NCBI RefSeq assembly: GCF_006345805.1
Contig: NC_043000.1
Location: 137,702,001 to 137,766,000 of the forward strand
Direction of reading: 5' to 3'
Source of the DNA: Octopus sinensis
Taxonomy: Eukaryota
Length of the DNA stretch: 64,000 nt
The position numbers and the translations under genes are program-made. The notes beneath the pieces are model-generated. The model was given only the letters and a program-made list of their open reading frames with translations, was not told where the DNA came from and ran no database searches. Of the stretch, positions 27,781 through 39,189 are shown piece by piece (within the stretch, counting starts at the first letter, position 1; every line of letters begins with the position of its first letter).

Positions 27781-28246
27781 ATTCCTTCGGTCATGAATGA
27801 CCATAGGATTGCACCTAAAAAGTTACCATCCGAGGCACAAGTCTGGGTAAGATTGTTTATGGATGACCAGCAGTCGCCCACGCATACCAGCCTCCCCTCT
27901 CCATGCCACAGATGTTATCCAAGGGAAAGGCAAAGGCTAATACAGCTTGGCACCAGTGACATCGCAGCTCATTTATTAACGTGCAAGTGGCTGAACACTC
28001 CACAGACGTAGTTCTCGGGGACATTCAGAGTGACACAGAGTGTGACAAGGCAGAAACAGGAAGAAAGAGTGAGAGAAAGCTGTTGTGAAAGAGTATAGCG
28101 GGGATCCCTACCACCCCTGCCGGAGCATCGTGGAGCTTTATGTATTTTCGCTCAATAAACACTCATAATGCCCGGTCTGGGAATCGAAACCGCTAACCTA
28201 CGACCGTGAGTCCGCTGTACTAACCACTGGGCCATTGTTGCACCTC

Positions 28247-28247
<1 letters not shown>
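27781..28247 (-). mobile_element. Composite SINE: family-D head, shared body, distinct tail
   Basis: Head homologous to 23946-24060; body homologous to 11080-11160; tail ...GGTGCAATCCTATGGTCATTCATGACCGAAGG. Confidence 0.7.
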
Positions 28248-28289
<42 letters not shown>

Positions 28290-28459
28290 GTACGTATGCG
28301 CGCGTGAATGTCTGTGTTTGTGTGTGTGTGTGTGTGTGTATACTTACGTTCATGCATGCCTACGTAAATATATGTATACATTATAGCATTAACTAATATT
28401 TACAGTTGCGATATATTGATATCTTATATCATTTCAAATTTTGTCAGAAAAAAACCCCA

Positions 28460-28650
28460 GCAATTTTGAGGGGAGGTCGTAAGTTGATTGCATGAACTCC
28501 AATGTTCAACTGAGACTTATTTTGTCGTGCGTGAAAGAATGAAAAGTCAAAGTCGTCTTTGGTGAAATTTGAACTCAGAACGTAAAACCGGATCAAATGC
28601 TGCTAAGCACTGTGTTCGGTAGAGTAACTATTCTGTGAGTTCACCGTCTT
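28460..28650 (-). mobile_element. Degenerate SINE, B/B' type
   Basis: GAAATTTGAACTCAGAACGTAA and GAATGAAAAGTCAAAGTCG core remnants. Confidence 0.6.
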
Positions 28651-28962
28651 TTGGTACTAATACTGAGATGTATTTCACTTTGATGTGCTTTTTATATATT
28701 TATCTCTAAAATCAAAAATAGAATCACGGTTCGGTAATTACTAACTAAAGATGAAACTATTTGAACAAGGGCACAAAAAAGTAGTTTGTGGTTTTTATTT
28801 ATGTATATTATTTATTAACACTATTCAATAATCTCAAAGCCAGTGGTTTAGCAGAGTCGAACGTGTATCAAACATTTACTTTGCGAAGAATGTATAACCA
28901 AATCACCTGTGGCTTCAGTAAGAATGTATAATAAAATTGAATTTTCTGTCTTCATCTATAAT

Positions 28963-29383
28963 CTCTTTTACTCTTTTACTTTTACTTATTTCAGTCAGTT
29001 GACTGCGGCCATGCTGGAGCACCGCCTTTAGTCGAGCAAATCGACCTCAGGACTTATTATTTGGAAGCCTAGTTCTTATTCTATCGGTTTCTTTTGCCGA
29101 ACAGCTAGGTTACGGGGACGTTAATACACCAGCATCGGTTGTCAAGCGATGTTGGGGGGACAAAGACAGACACACAAACATACATACACACACACACACA
29201 CATATATATACATATATACGACGGGCTTCTTTCAGTTTCCGTCTACCAAATCCACTCACAAGGCTTTGGTCGGCCCGAGGCTATAGTAGAAGACACTTAC
29301 CCAAGGTGCCACGCAGTGGGACTGAACCCGGAACCATGTAGTTCGTAATCAAGCTACTTACCACAAGCAACTCCTGCGCCTAT
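28963..29383 (-). mobile_element. SINE family A, full length
   Basis: Colinear with the other copies. Confidence 0.9.
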
Positions 29384-29445
29384 ATTCATATACCTTCATA
29401 CATGCATACATACATAAATACATACATGCATACATACATACATAC

Positions 29446-29548
29446 CATGTTGTTGATGTTAAAATTCCGATAAAGGAGCCTTGGATCGAGTTTAAAACCG
29501 GTTTTTTTCTCTGTTGGCAAGCAATCTTGAAATAAGCCTGAACAATGA
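29446..29548 (+). mobile_element. RLE-type retrotransposon copy 4: ~100-bp 3' terminus embedded in (CATA)n
   Basis: TGTTGTTGATGTT..AATTCC.AT.AAGGAGCCT.GGATC...TTTCTCT.TTGG.AAG..ATCTTGAAA.AA..CTGAA.AATG aligns with the reverse complement of 6065-6170. Confidence 0.75.
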
Positions 29549-29573
29549 TATACATGCATACATACATATAAGG

Positions 29574-29608
<35 letters not shown>

Positions 29609-30441
29609 AACGCACACATACACAAACACACGCAGAGCTTCCTTTTCTTCCCCCCTTTTCCCCGTCATCGTCGTCGCCATTGATGTGACGTCATCAACAT
29701 CACGATCATTATAATTTGCGTAACTTGAAACTTGTTACTAATTTTGCCTCGTGTTTGTGTCTTTATGAATATTTTCAAGGATCACGCTTCACAAAATGGT
29801 AAAAGGTGTTTATGTAGAAAGACTACGGCTATAAACATCCAGTGTGTGTGTGTGTGAATACTGAATGCTTCCATCTTATTTGGGTTTCTCAACGAGGGTT
29901 TCTCTTATATTCTGAAAATGTACATGTGTATAGCATCAGCGAATGCAGACGAACTAAGTGCTAATTTCTCAATTATCAGCACTTGCAGAATCCCATTTCA
30001 GCAATAATGAATATATTCACCTTATATATTACCTGATAAATTCAATTAGTTATTTTCATTTTCAGATAATAACCTTTAGCCTAGTTGTGCACAGAGACGA
30101 AGTTCTATTTTTACAAACATCTCATGCCTGTTTATTTCAATTGCCTGACAGACATCGAGCCATATATTTATGAATGAGAAACTACGCAGAACAATAACGC
30201 CCTGATTATAAATGGCAAAGTTGGAACTATCAACACGATTATGAATTTGCATCTTATCATTCTGATTTATATTAAATATCTAAAACCCCAGACAGGTTTG
30301 TTTTCGATGCCATAAATATCAAAAACTTTTTTAAAAATGACTTAAAAATTATGAACGAATTCTATTTCCGTAAAAAAACAATTACACACGTAAACATCGA
30401 CATGTGTCCATACATACGAGTGTGTGTGTGTGTGTGTGTGT

Positions 30442-30498
<57 letters not shown>

Positions 30499-30530
30499 GT
30501 GTGTGTTTATGCAGATGTAAATTTGTCAGT

Positions 30531-30605
30531 GGGCAGTTTAGCTTAATGGTAAAGCCCTTGACCTGTAATCACAGAGGTATGAGTTCGAGTTTCATGGCTG
30601 TACCG
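30531..30605 (+). tRNA. Degenerate tRNA-like sequence (pseudo-tRNA or solitary SINE head; anticodon region best read as TGT/Thr)
   Basis: D arm GCTT-AATGGTA-AAGC and T arm ATGAG-TTCGAGT-TTCAT are intact; acceptor and anticodon stems are mismatched. Confidence 0.45.
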
Positions 30606-30770
30606 GTGACACATTTTTCTGCAATATATGGATTACAAACCTATTCATGCTGTTCTGCATTATTCTACATTTGAAGATAAATTACTTCCATACATATCTT
30701 TATATACATATATATGAACATATACAATAATGATAAAATAATAAATACCAAGCAAAGCATGGTATATATA

Positions 30771-31168
30771 AGCGTAGGAATGACTGTGTGGTAAGTAGCT
30801 TGCTTACGAACCACATGATTCCGGGTTCAGTCCTACTGCGTGGCACCTTGGGCAAGTGTCTTCTACTATAGCTTCGGGCCGACCAAAGCCTTGTGAGTGG
30901 ATTTGGTAGACGGAAACTGAAAGAAGTCCGTCGTATATATGTATATATATGTATGTGTTTGTATATGTTTGTGTGTCTGTGTTTGTCCCTCCAACATCGC
31001 TTGACAACCGATGCTCGTGTGTTTACATCCCCGTAACTTAGCGACTCGGCAAAAAAGACCGATAGGATAAGCACTAGGCGTCCAAAGAATAAGTCCTGGA
31101 GTCGAACTGCTCGACTAAAAGTGGTGCTCCAGCTTGGCCACAGTCAATTGACTGAAACAAAAGAGTAA

Positions 31169-31170
<2 letters not shown>
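30771..31170 (+). mobile_element. SINE family A, full length
   Basis: Colinear with the other copies. Confidence 0.9.
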
Positions 31171-31234
<64 letters not shown>

Positions 31235-31386
31235 CTTTCTCTTTTGCCTGCGTCGTTTGCTTTTTAAGTGCTTTAGTTTTACTGGGACATCCCTTTTAAG
31301 TAGAAAGAATAGCCAAGACGTTTTGACTGCTATTTTAAAATTCGGTGTGTGGTGAGGCAAATCGTTGCTAAACCCTTAATTACTTA

Positions 31387-31455
<69 letters not shown>

Positions 31456-32560
31456 GTGTGTGCGCGTTTGTCTGTATGTATGTATTTATATGTATACGAA
31501 TATATATAATGTTAGAATCGGACGCTGTTAGCATAGTACAGGACCAAATTCGAGTTATAAGAACGACTGGCAATAATTAGACTAATGCATTAAAGAAAAG
31601 GTAGAGCAAACAAAAAAGCGAAAACTTTCTCTTTGGTAACACCTTACTATGCAAAATATTTTGCTACCACCCAAACATATACACACACGCGTGCGCATAC
31701 ACGCACATAAATGCACAACAACTTTACACGAGCTTACATGTTCACACACAGCTATAAAGAAGCCAGCATGGACTTGTTAATGTATCTATCAGTCTCCTCT
31801 TCTCCCTCTCTATACATGCTCACAAACATGTATGAACACACACACACAAAATGAAAGACACGCGCGGACATAGTTTGCTTTCTCACGCCGACACTTTACA
31901 GTCTCTGCTAACAACAAATATCAACTTTACCATGACTAAAACAAATAATTAACCAGAATACACTTTGTGAGATTTCACAATTATTAGAATATGGGGGAAG
32001 AACCATCATACTTGAATTTTTGAGTCAATATCTTTACACATAGTTCTTCGTCTAAGAATACTACTGTACTTGCAATAATATTATGCCAACGTTCATGTTT
32101 TCTGTAAATCACAAGCCATAAGGTCCTCTTAGAGTAAATAAAAGCTGGAGAAAACAGAGCATAGAGGCTGCACCGTGACAGGCTTTTTCCGGCGCTAATT
32201 CAAAAGGGCATTGAACTCAACGTCAAATCAGATTTGCTCGAAGAGAGAACGGCTGAAACCTATTTTAAACTTTGTCTTTAATATTCTTTATTATTTTATC
32301 TCACATTCTCTGTACTTGGTAGATTAATTCACTGCTCGGTTTGTCACCATCACTAGGACTCTGGATTGCAGTTTTACAGATTTCAAAGCATTATTCTGAG
32401 ATTTACTATCTTAGGATAATTCCTTCTTCTCCTCCTACTGCACTCGCAGTCGGTTGGTGGAGAACAACACAATCTTCTTCAAATACAATGCCATAGCGAT
32501 TACTTTTAAATTAACCTCCGTACTTCTGTCGAGTGTAATTCAAATAATTTTATAGTTTAA

Positions 32561-32960
32561 CTAGCAGTATCGCCCGGCGTTGCTCGGGTTTGTAAGGGAA
32601 ATAACTATATAAGCATTTTTAGAGATGTAAAGTATAATAGTCATCTCAATATGGCTAACCACAAAGTGGGGGGGGTGTTACTGTAGCTTTTTACGTTCTG
32701 AGATTTAATAATAAATTTTTAGAGAGTTACTTCCCTTATATATGCCAAAAATGCATTAAAAATGGGAAAAAATTGATGGTAATTTTTTTTTTAAATCGTA
32801 GACTCATCGTAGACGCGCGCTAATACCCAGAAGGGCTCGATATGAATCACGGCTATAAGATACCCGGTTTTGGTTAAACTGCACCGCAAAATGTGGGAGT
32901 AGTTAGGAATCTAAATCGTAGGAGACAGACAGCACACAACCTCACTTTTATATATAAAGA
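32561..32960 (-). mobile_element. Non-autonomous Helitron-like element, copy 2
   Basis: 5' TC, 3' hairpin plus CTAG, A|T insertion site; near-identical to 9884-10278. Confidence 0.8.
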
Positions 32961-33135
32961 TATATTTGTTCTATCGAATTTTAAATATACGTTAAGTTTG
33001 TTAAATGCTTTTTTTTCTACGAATTGCTCAATCTCAGCACTGATAAGCAAGTTAGCTTCCTCGAATCCAAACATTGCCAGATAGGATGTTTAATATCTAC
33101 AAAACAATCCCTAACAGATAATCATCCAGTAGAAT

Positions 33136-33547
33136 CATTTCTATTCTAGGCACAAGGTCCGAAGATTTTGGGGGAGGGAGCCTGTACGCAACTGGTACTT
33201 AATCTATCGACTCCGAAAGGATGAAAGGCAAAGTAGAACTCGGTGGAATTTGAACTCAGAACATAAAGACAGAAGGAATACCGCTAAGCATTTCGCCCAG
33301 CGTGCTAACGTTTCTTATTTATTGCCCACAAGGAGCTAAACATTCAGGAGACAAACAAGAACAGACAAAGAGATTAAGTCGATTATATCGACCCCATTGC
33401 GTATCTGGTACTTATTTAATCGACCCCGAAAGGATGAAAGGCAAAGTCGACCTCGGTGGAAGTTGAACTCAGAACGTAGCGGCAGACCGAATACAGCTAA
33501 GCATTTCGCCCGGTGTGCTAACGTTTCTGCCAGCTCGCCGCCTTAAA
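33136..33547 (-). mobile_element. SINE B joined to SINE B' within one TSD pair
   Basis: B at 33315-33544, head-clipped B' at 33136-33314; TSD CATCCAGTAGAAT at 33123 and 33548. Confidence 0.85.
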
Positions 33548-34584
33548 CATCCAGTAGAATGAGAATCGCATGAAATGTGCTACCAGTTCATTGGGTTACC
33601 ATTTCTTACTAGGCTTTATTTGACCATGTCTAGTAAGAAATACAATGACTAGTTGTTTAACGCAATCGGTTTCGAATTTAGGATACTATTTCCCTTGCAA
33701 TGAATTGCGAATACGTAGTAATACGAAAATAGAACGTATCATCTAAAAATGTTGTTTCTATACAAAGATTTAGCGTATTAATAAACGTAATTTTGCAATG
33801 ACTGATACTAAGCGGGAAGAGTTATGATATTTTCGGTCGTATTTAAGCGATATATAATATTGTTTCGTAGTTCAACTTGAACTAATCTCTGATATTATGA
33901 AGCATGTATCGCGGTATCATGGTCCCGACTAGAGTATCAGACGCTGTTATACATCGCTGGTACTAATGCTCTTGACATCGTTTTATCTTTTGAATGATGC
34001 CACCCCGACGGCTAACCGAGTAGGCTAGCACTCCTCCTGATCGGAAGACTATTCCGTCGCAGAGTGACTCATTCCATTCACAGCTAAGCGTCGTCAAATG
34101 GAGTCTTCTGCCACGTGAAATGTAGTGTTTCACTACCACCGCCATCGTTACGACCGTCACCATCACCATATCTTTTCTTACATATTATGAAACTTCTCAA
34201 CTTTGAGCATTTTTTCCCTTTCTTGATAATGTTGATATATTTCCGAAAGGCATTCCCGATTTAAATTGTATTTTACTTAGTTTTGTTATTGTTATCAGTT
34301 ATTGACATGAAGCAGAAAAATTCCATAAAAATTTAAGATATTTTGAAATATTGGAAAGGAAAGAAATATACATGCAAGAAAAAGGTTCTAAATGATGAAA
34401 TGTTTTTATATGATTTATAATTGGCAAATAGGTTAATCTAATGAAGATGCCGTGTGTGTGTTTGTATATGCATATATATCTGTATGAATGTCTTTATATG
34501 CATATGCATGCGTTGTATGTGTGTCTGTATATTTATTTACATGTGTTCTGAATTATGAAAATGGAAATGTGACCTACAAACATA

Positions 34585-35660
34585 TACGAGGGTTCTACCG
34601 AATGTGAATCAATAATGAGTATAATTATGTCCTTAACTGACATCGTTCGTTCGAATTGCATAGGTAGATAGAGTAACTATTCCTTTATACGACAATACTA
34701 TTAAACACAGACGTCATTACAAGTGTGGCAATTGTGCCATCATTGAACCGAATTTGCGAATCCTTATTAAAAAATTTAAGCGTACTTCTTCACAGCAATT
34801 TTCCCATTGTCAGATTCATCAAATTGTGTCCAATGACTGATCTTCATTGGAACAAGCAGGTGTAAGCGAGGGGCTCTAAAACCGCGCTGCAAACATAGAC
34901 ATGCTCAAGATACAACTCATTCTTCGCAATACGTCCACTTTCTAGAAAACAAAGAAGAACCATACCCAAAATACAATTATCATGAATTTCTGTGTCGATT
35001 GCAGGCTTTTCAAAATCTTATCTTTGATGAAGAGTGACAGCATTACGTGGATTGAATCTTCGTTTTCGGATCATAAATATGCACCAAATATTCTTTCTTT
35101 GTCATCTGATGGGGAAAATGATTTAAAGATTACCAATAAACCAAAGCAGACTTTCACTCTGCGCTCCTTCAAATCGACTCTAAAATCTGAGATGTCCATT
35201 TTTCACAGACTTTTCAAATGCCAAAAGATTTCTGCTTTCTTCTGTAAAACATTGTGTTCACTGTGCAATAATGCAGTTGGTCCGAACGATTGTGATTTTT
35301 CTGTCTGCTCGAATCAATCCGTTTACTGGCTGGTGATTCGAGTCAGCGATCGCAAGCGATGTCTTCCCAGCTCGCGGTAATGCAAGTTTCCTCTTCTCCA
35401 AACTTATCCATCCATTCGTGCGCGCTATTCTGGCTAGTGGTGTCATCTCCCTCTAGAGCCTGCAGCTTTCTCTGGGTGTCGAACAGTGCGCCCTTTCCAT
35501 TCGTGAAAAACTCAATAACAGCATGTTTGCTAGTTATCAAAACGTACATTATGCATGGTGCTACTACAAACGAAGTGTTTCTCTGCTCACATGTGCAATT
35601 TAAATGTCCCATGTTCGTCAATAAATACGCTATTCCCACTTTCACTTTATTTCCGTACAA
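34585..35660 (-). mobile_element. mariner-type element relic with one TIR
   Basis: KHAVIEFF...HEWMDKFGEEET (HTH-like), LIRADRKITI, ERRVKVCFGLL, QKFMIIVFW, GIRKFG; TACGAGGG TIR start at 34585. Confidence 0.7.
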
Positions 35661-36269
35661 AATTGAGACGTTTACAGTATAATGTTCGATGAAATACACA
35701 ATATAATGTTCGATGCTCATTCACCCCTCTCTCTCTCACTCTCTCTCTCTCTCTCTCTCTCTTACTCACAAAGTTCAGATGTTTACATTATAATTTTCGA
35801 TATAATATGCAGTATAATGTTTGATGCTGAGGCACCCCCCCTTTCTCTATCTCTCTCTCTCTCTCCCTCACATACACACACACAAGGCTAAGAATTTTAA
35901 GTAAAGCTACTTATGGTGAGCAGCCTATTAAACCCAACAGAGTTCCTCATCCAAGTTTGGCAAAAGGTATTGCTATATTACGAGTGGGCCCCAAGCCACG
36001 TAAATGGGTTTTGTCGAGATTGGTGTGGCTAGATTTTACAGAATAAAGGGTTAGTTTATTCGATCGTCGATTATCAAGTACGAGTATTTTAGTGTGCACA
36101 ACATTCACTTTAACAGATCTTTTTGCAAAGGTATTCATGAAAATTTCTCCTTGTACAGCAATCAGAGTTACTTTAACGCGAGAAATTTCATTCATTCATT
36201 TGCCAAGATACAAGAAATCAGGTACGTTTAGCATGCGCGTGCATTTGAATATATATATATATATAATAA

Positions 36270-36580
36270 TAAATATTAGGGAATAAATCCAAATTTACAG
36301 GGAAAAAAATCAGATTTAGGATTAAATCGATTTTATAGTAAAATATTATAAAATATTATTCGAGACAAAACCACTATTTTGCAAAACAAACAAGGAAAGA
36401 CTTAATCAATACATAAAATTTGACACTGAATTATTGGAAGTCCACCTGAAGATTGTCGATCAAGACAAGAAACGATTGTAGTGGCGGTTTTTTTGACTAT
36501 TTATTAAAATTTTATGTATTGATTAAGTCTTTCCTTGTTTGTTTTGCAAAATAGTGGTTTTGTCTCGAATAATATTTTAT
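36270..36580 (+). mobile_element. Penelope-like terminal fragment with 74-bp inverted duplication
   Basis: 36348-36421 is the reverse complement of 36507-36580; hammerhead motif in the spacer. Confidence 0.7.
36442..36484 (+). ncRNA. Candidate minimal type-I hammerhead ribozyme
   Basis: CCAC-CTGAAGA-TTGTC-gatcaa-GACAA-GAAA-C-gatt-G-TA-GTGG: full CUGANGA/GAAA core, stem I 4 bp, stem II 5 bp, stem III 2 bp, GUA triplet. Confidence 0.7.
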
Positions 36581-37199
36581 ATATATATATATATATACAC
36601 GATGTAATCGAAATATTCATCAATCAAAAATATAAAAAATACGTCTGAAACAGCTGTAGTGAACCTTTAATCCATTCGTGTTCTATTCCATGCATGTCTG
36701 TATGTGTGTGTATGGACGAATGTAGGTATATATTATCACCAGTAATTTTTCAGCATATCAGCCAACAAATACCGTGGTAAATAAATATAGGTATCTCTAC
36801 ATAAGCAGACTTATATATAATTAGATACTTAAAATCATTAATATAATTCAAATAACATGGACATATTATTGTAATAATTATCTCCTTTGTCTTTTGAATT
36901 TTTCTTGAACTTAAGTTGCAAAAAAAATTCTCATTGCTTCTGCAATGGTCAATTAATTGAAGTATGGCTCCTATACGCATTTCAAAAACAGTAACACTTG
37001 TGCAATGAATATTAAGTAGCTTTCCAGGAGCTGTAGAAAATATATGCTGTATACACATCTGATTTTAGTACTGTCGCAATTTCCTCTGGTGATTTTTTTT
37101 CGTTCTTGTCATGTTATGTCGGGATTGTGTTGCAGTATGTATATAAATATATTGAAAACGCATAGAAACACATAGATCAGATCCGCATACAACAGACGC

Positions 37200-37244
<45 letters not shown>

Positions 37245-37292
37245 CACAAACACATATATACACACACACAAACACACACACACAAATACATA

Positions 37293-37415
37293 TGACGGGC
37301 TTCTTCTAGGCAATAGTAAAAGACACTATGGTTCCGACCCAAGTTGGCACGCATTGGGTTGGAACCTGGAACCATGTGGCTAGCAAGCAAGCTTCTTACC
37401 ACAAAGTCGCGCCTA
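37293..37415 (-). mobile_element. Degenerate SINE family A head fragment
   Basis: GGAACCATGTGG...CTTACCAC and GACGGGCTTCTT remnants. Confidence 0.65.
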
Positions 37416-37978
37416 ATATTATATATAGATGTTTTCGATCTAATTTGGATTCTTTGCCATCAAATTTGAATTTTTCAATTGGTGCTCCAGCCTTGAAAAA
37501 ATAAAAAGATTTAAACTACATCAGCCGTAAGGGAATACACGTCTATATTATCTAACTCGTCCAGTAGAGCCCACCAATTGATATCTGAAAAGTTCGATGA
37601 AATAACTCATGAACACTGCGATAGCTTCTTCCAAAAGATGCTCCGTTACGACGACCGGTCTGAACTAGGGGAGATAATAGAAAAAGAATCATTCGTTTAT
37701 TATCTCCCCTTGTTCAGACCGGATGTAGTAACAGAACATCTTTTGGTAGAAGCTATCGCAGTGTTCATGAGTTATTTCATCGAACTTTTCAGATATCAAT
37801 TGGTGGACTCTACTGGACGAGTTAGATAAGATAGACCATGTATTCCCTTACGGCTGATGTAGTTTAACTCTCTTTTTTTTCCAAGGCTTGACTACCAATT
37901 GAAAAATTCAAATTTGATTGCAAAGAATTCAAATTTGATGGCAAAGAATCCAAACTAGATCAAAAACATATATAATAT
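37416..37978. mobile_element. Fold-back MITE (~265-bp imperfect arms, 18-bp loop)
   Basis: 37416-37679 is the reverse complement of 37698-37978; the right arm has a ~21-bp tandem duplication (AATTCAAATTTGAT.GCAAAG). Confidence 0.85.
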
Positions 37979-38189
37979 GATACGCACATTTATTAGAGAG
38001 ATAGAGAGAGAGGGATAAATAAAAAGATAGATAGATAGATAGATAGATAAGCATTCCGTGACTACTAACCTGGTGTAGAACTGAATATACATTTTGCAGA
38101 AACAGCTGTAAGGTAATTAATTTCATAAGATAATCGTTAATTTATTTGTCGTCTTATTTTCTGCATATTATAAAATGGTAATAAAATGC

Positions 38190-38860
38190 AAACAGATGGA
38201 TCTTTGAACTTTCAAAACGAGAGAAAAGAAAACTATGATGATGGCCCTTTGGAGGCCATACGTTCTAAGCTACTTGGACTACCACCACTAACTATAGTCA
38301 TCACACAGCATAAAATTAAAGGTGGAACTCGAAGCAATCCAACGAAGCTACACAAAGATTGTCGTCTCAATACAACATATCAGCTACTGGTAAAGGTTGA
38401 AAGATTTAAATTCTTCTCCCTTGAGCGAAGGCGGGAAAGATATGCAGTGATATACATCTGGAAAATCCTTGATGGCCTTGTACCAAACTTTGGCATTGAA
38501 CGTTACACAAAGAACGGGGTGCCACTACATAATGCCAAAGTTCCCAGCATAACCATTAACATATGGGACTAGATACAGCAGCAACTTGGGTTTCAAGGGC
38601 CCACAGCACTTCAATGTCCTTCCAAAATGCCTAGCAGACTTGTATGGCGTGGATGTAGGTGTTTTCAAATCAAAACTGAATCCCCTCCTCTCAAGGGTTC
38701 CAGGTGAGCCTACTTCACGGCAGGAAACACAGATGAAGGCAGCAGCATCAATCTTCCCCGTTTACTAAATGCTACATGTCAGAGAAGGCTTCAAATAATA
38801 GAGTAGCACAACCAGCTGGGGTGTCCCAGCTTGGGCGCAGATTTAAAGCTGAAGCAATTT
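38190..38860 (+). mobile_element. CR1-like LINE 3' end relic
   Basis: ELEAIQRSYT, FSLERRRERYAVIYIWKILDGLVPNFGI, GFKGPQHFNVLP..L; 3' UTR GGTGTCCCAGCTTGGGCGCAG...CTGAAGCAA. Confidence 0.85.
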
Positions 38861-38875
38861 TTTACGATTTAAAGA

Positions 38876-38917
<42 letters not shown>

Positions 38918-39189
38918 CACACACACACACACACATACATATATAATGTTAAGGAGAATTCAAATAGGTTCAATAATTTCTGTAAACATAGATTCTGCCT
39001 TGCATCGATGTATATCAGTTTCTAAATATACAAATGTATCAGTCATTAAAATATTAAAACATATAGGAAATCTATGAATTCAGGTTTCAGGTACAGAGTA
39101 ATTCATAGTTTTTCAGGGTATTTTCACTTGAAAAATTGGATACTGCCGCCTTCATCCAAGAGTATATTATTCAGGATTCACATTTCGTA

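Noticed and set aside
35670-35830. Repeated CAGTATAATGTTCGATG motif (3-4 copies); also 37-bp duplication at 58540-58613 and 13-bp repeats near 47475
   Set aside because: Ordinary local slippage duplications with irregular spacing; no CRISPR-like repeat-spacer organisation.
35947-36221. Unique segment with several open frames and a CAG|GTACGT donor at 36221
   Set aside because: Open frames on both strands, none resembling a known protein; an exon cannot be chosen without expression or homology data.
39070-39185. TTCAGG(T/A)TTCA motifs upstream of the 39-kb element resembling the 52-kb element's TSD
   Set aside because: The orientation relative to the element is opposite in the two cases and no TSD is seen at 39 kb, so a shared target site is unsupported.
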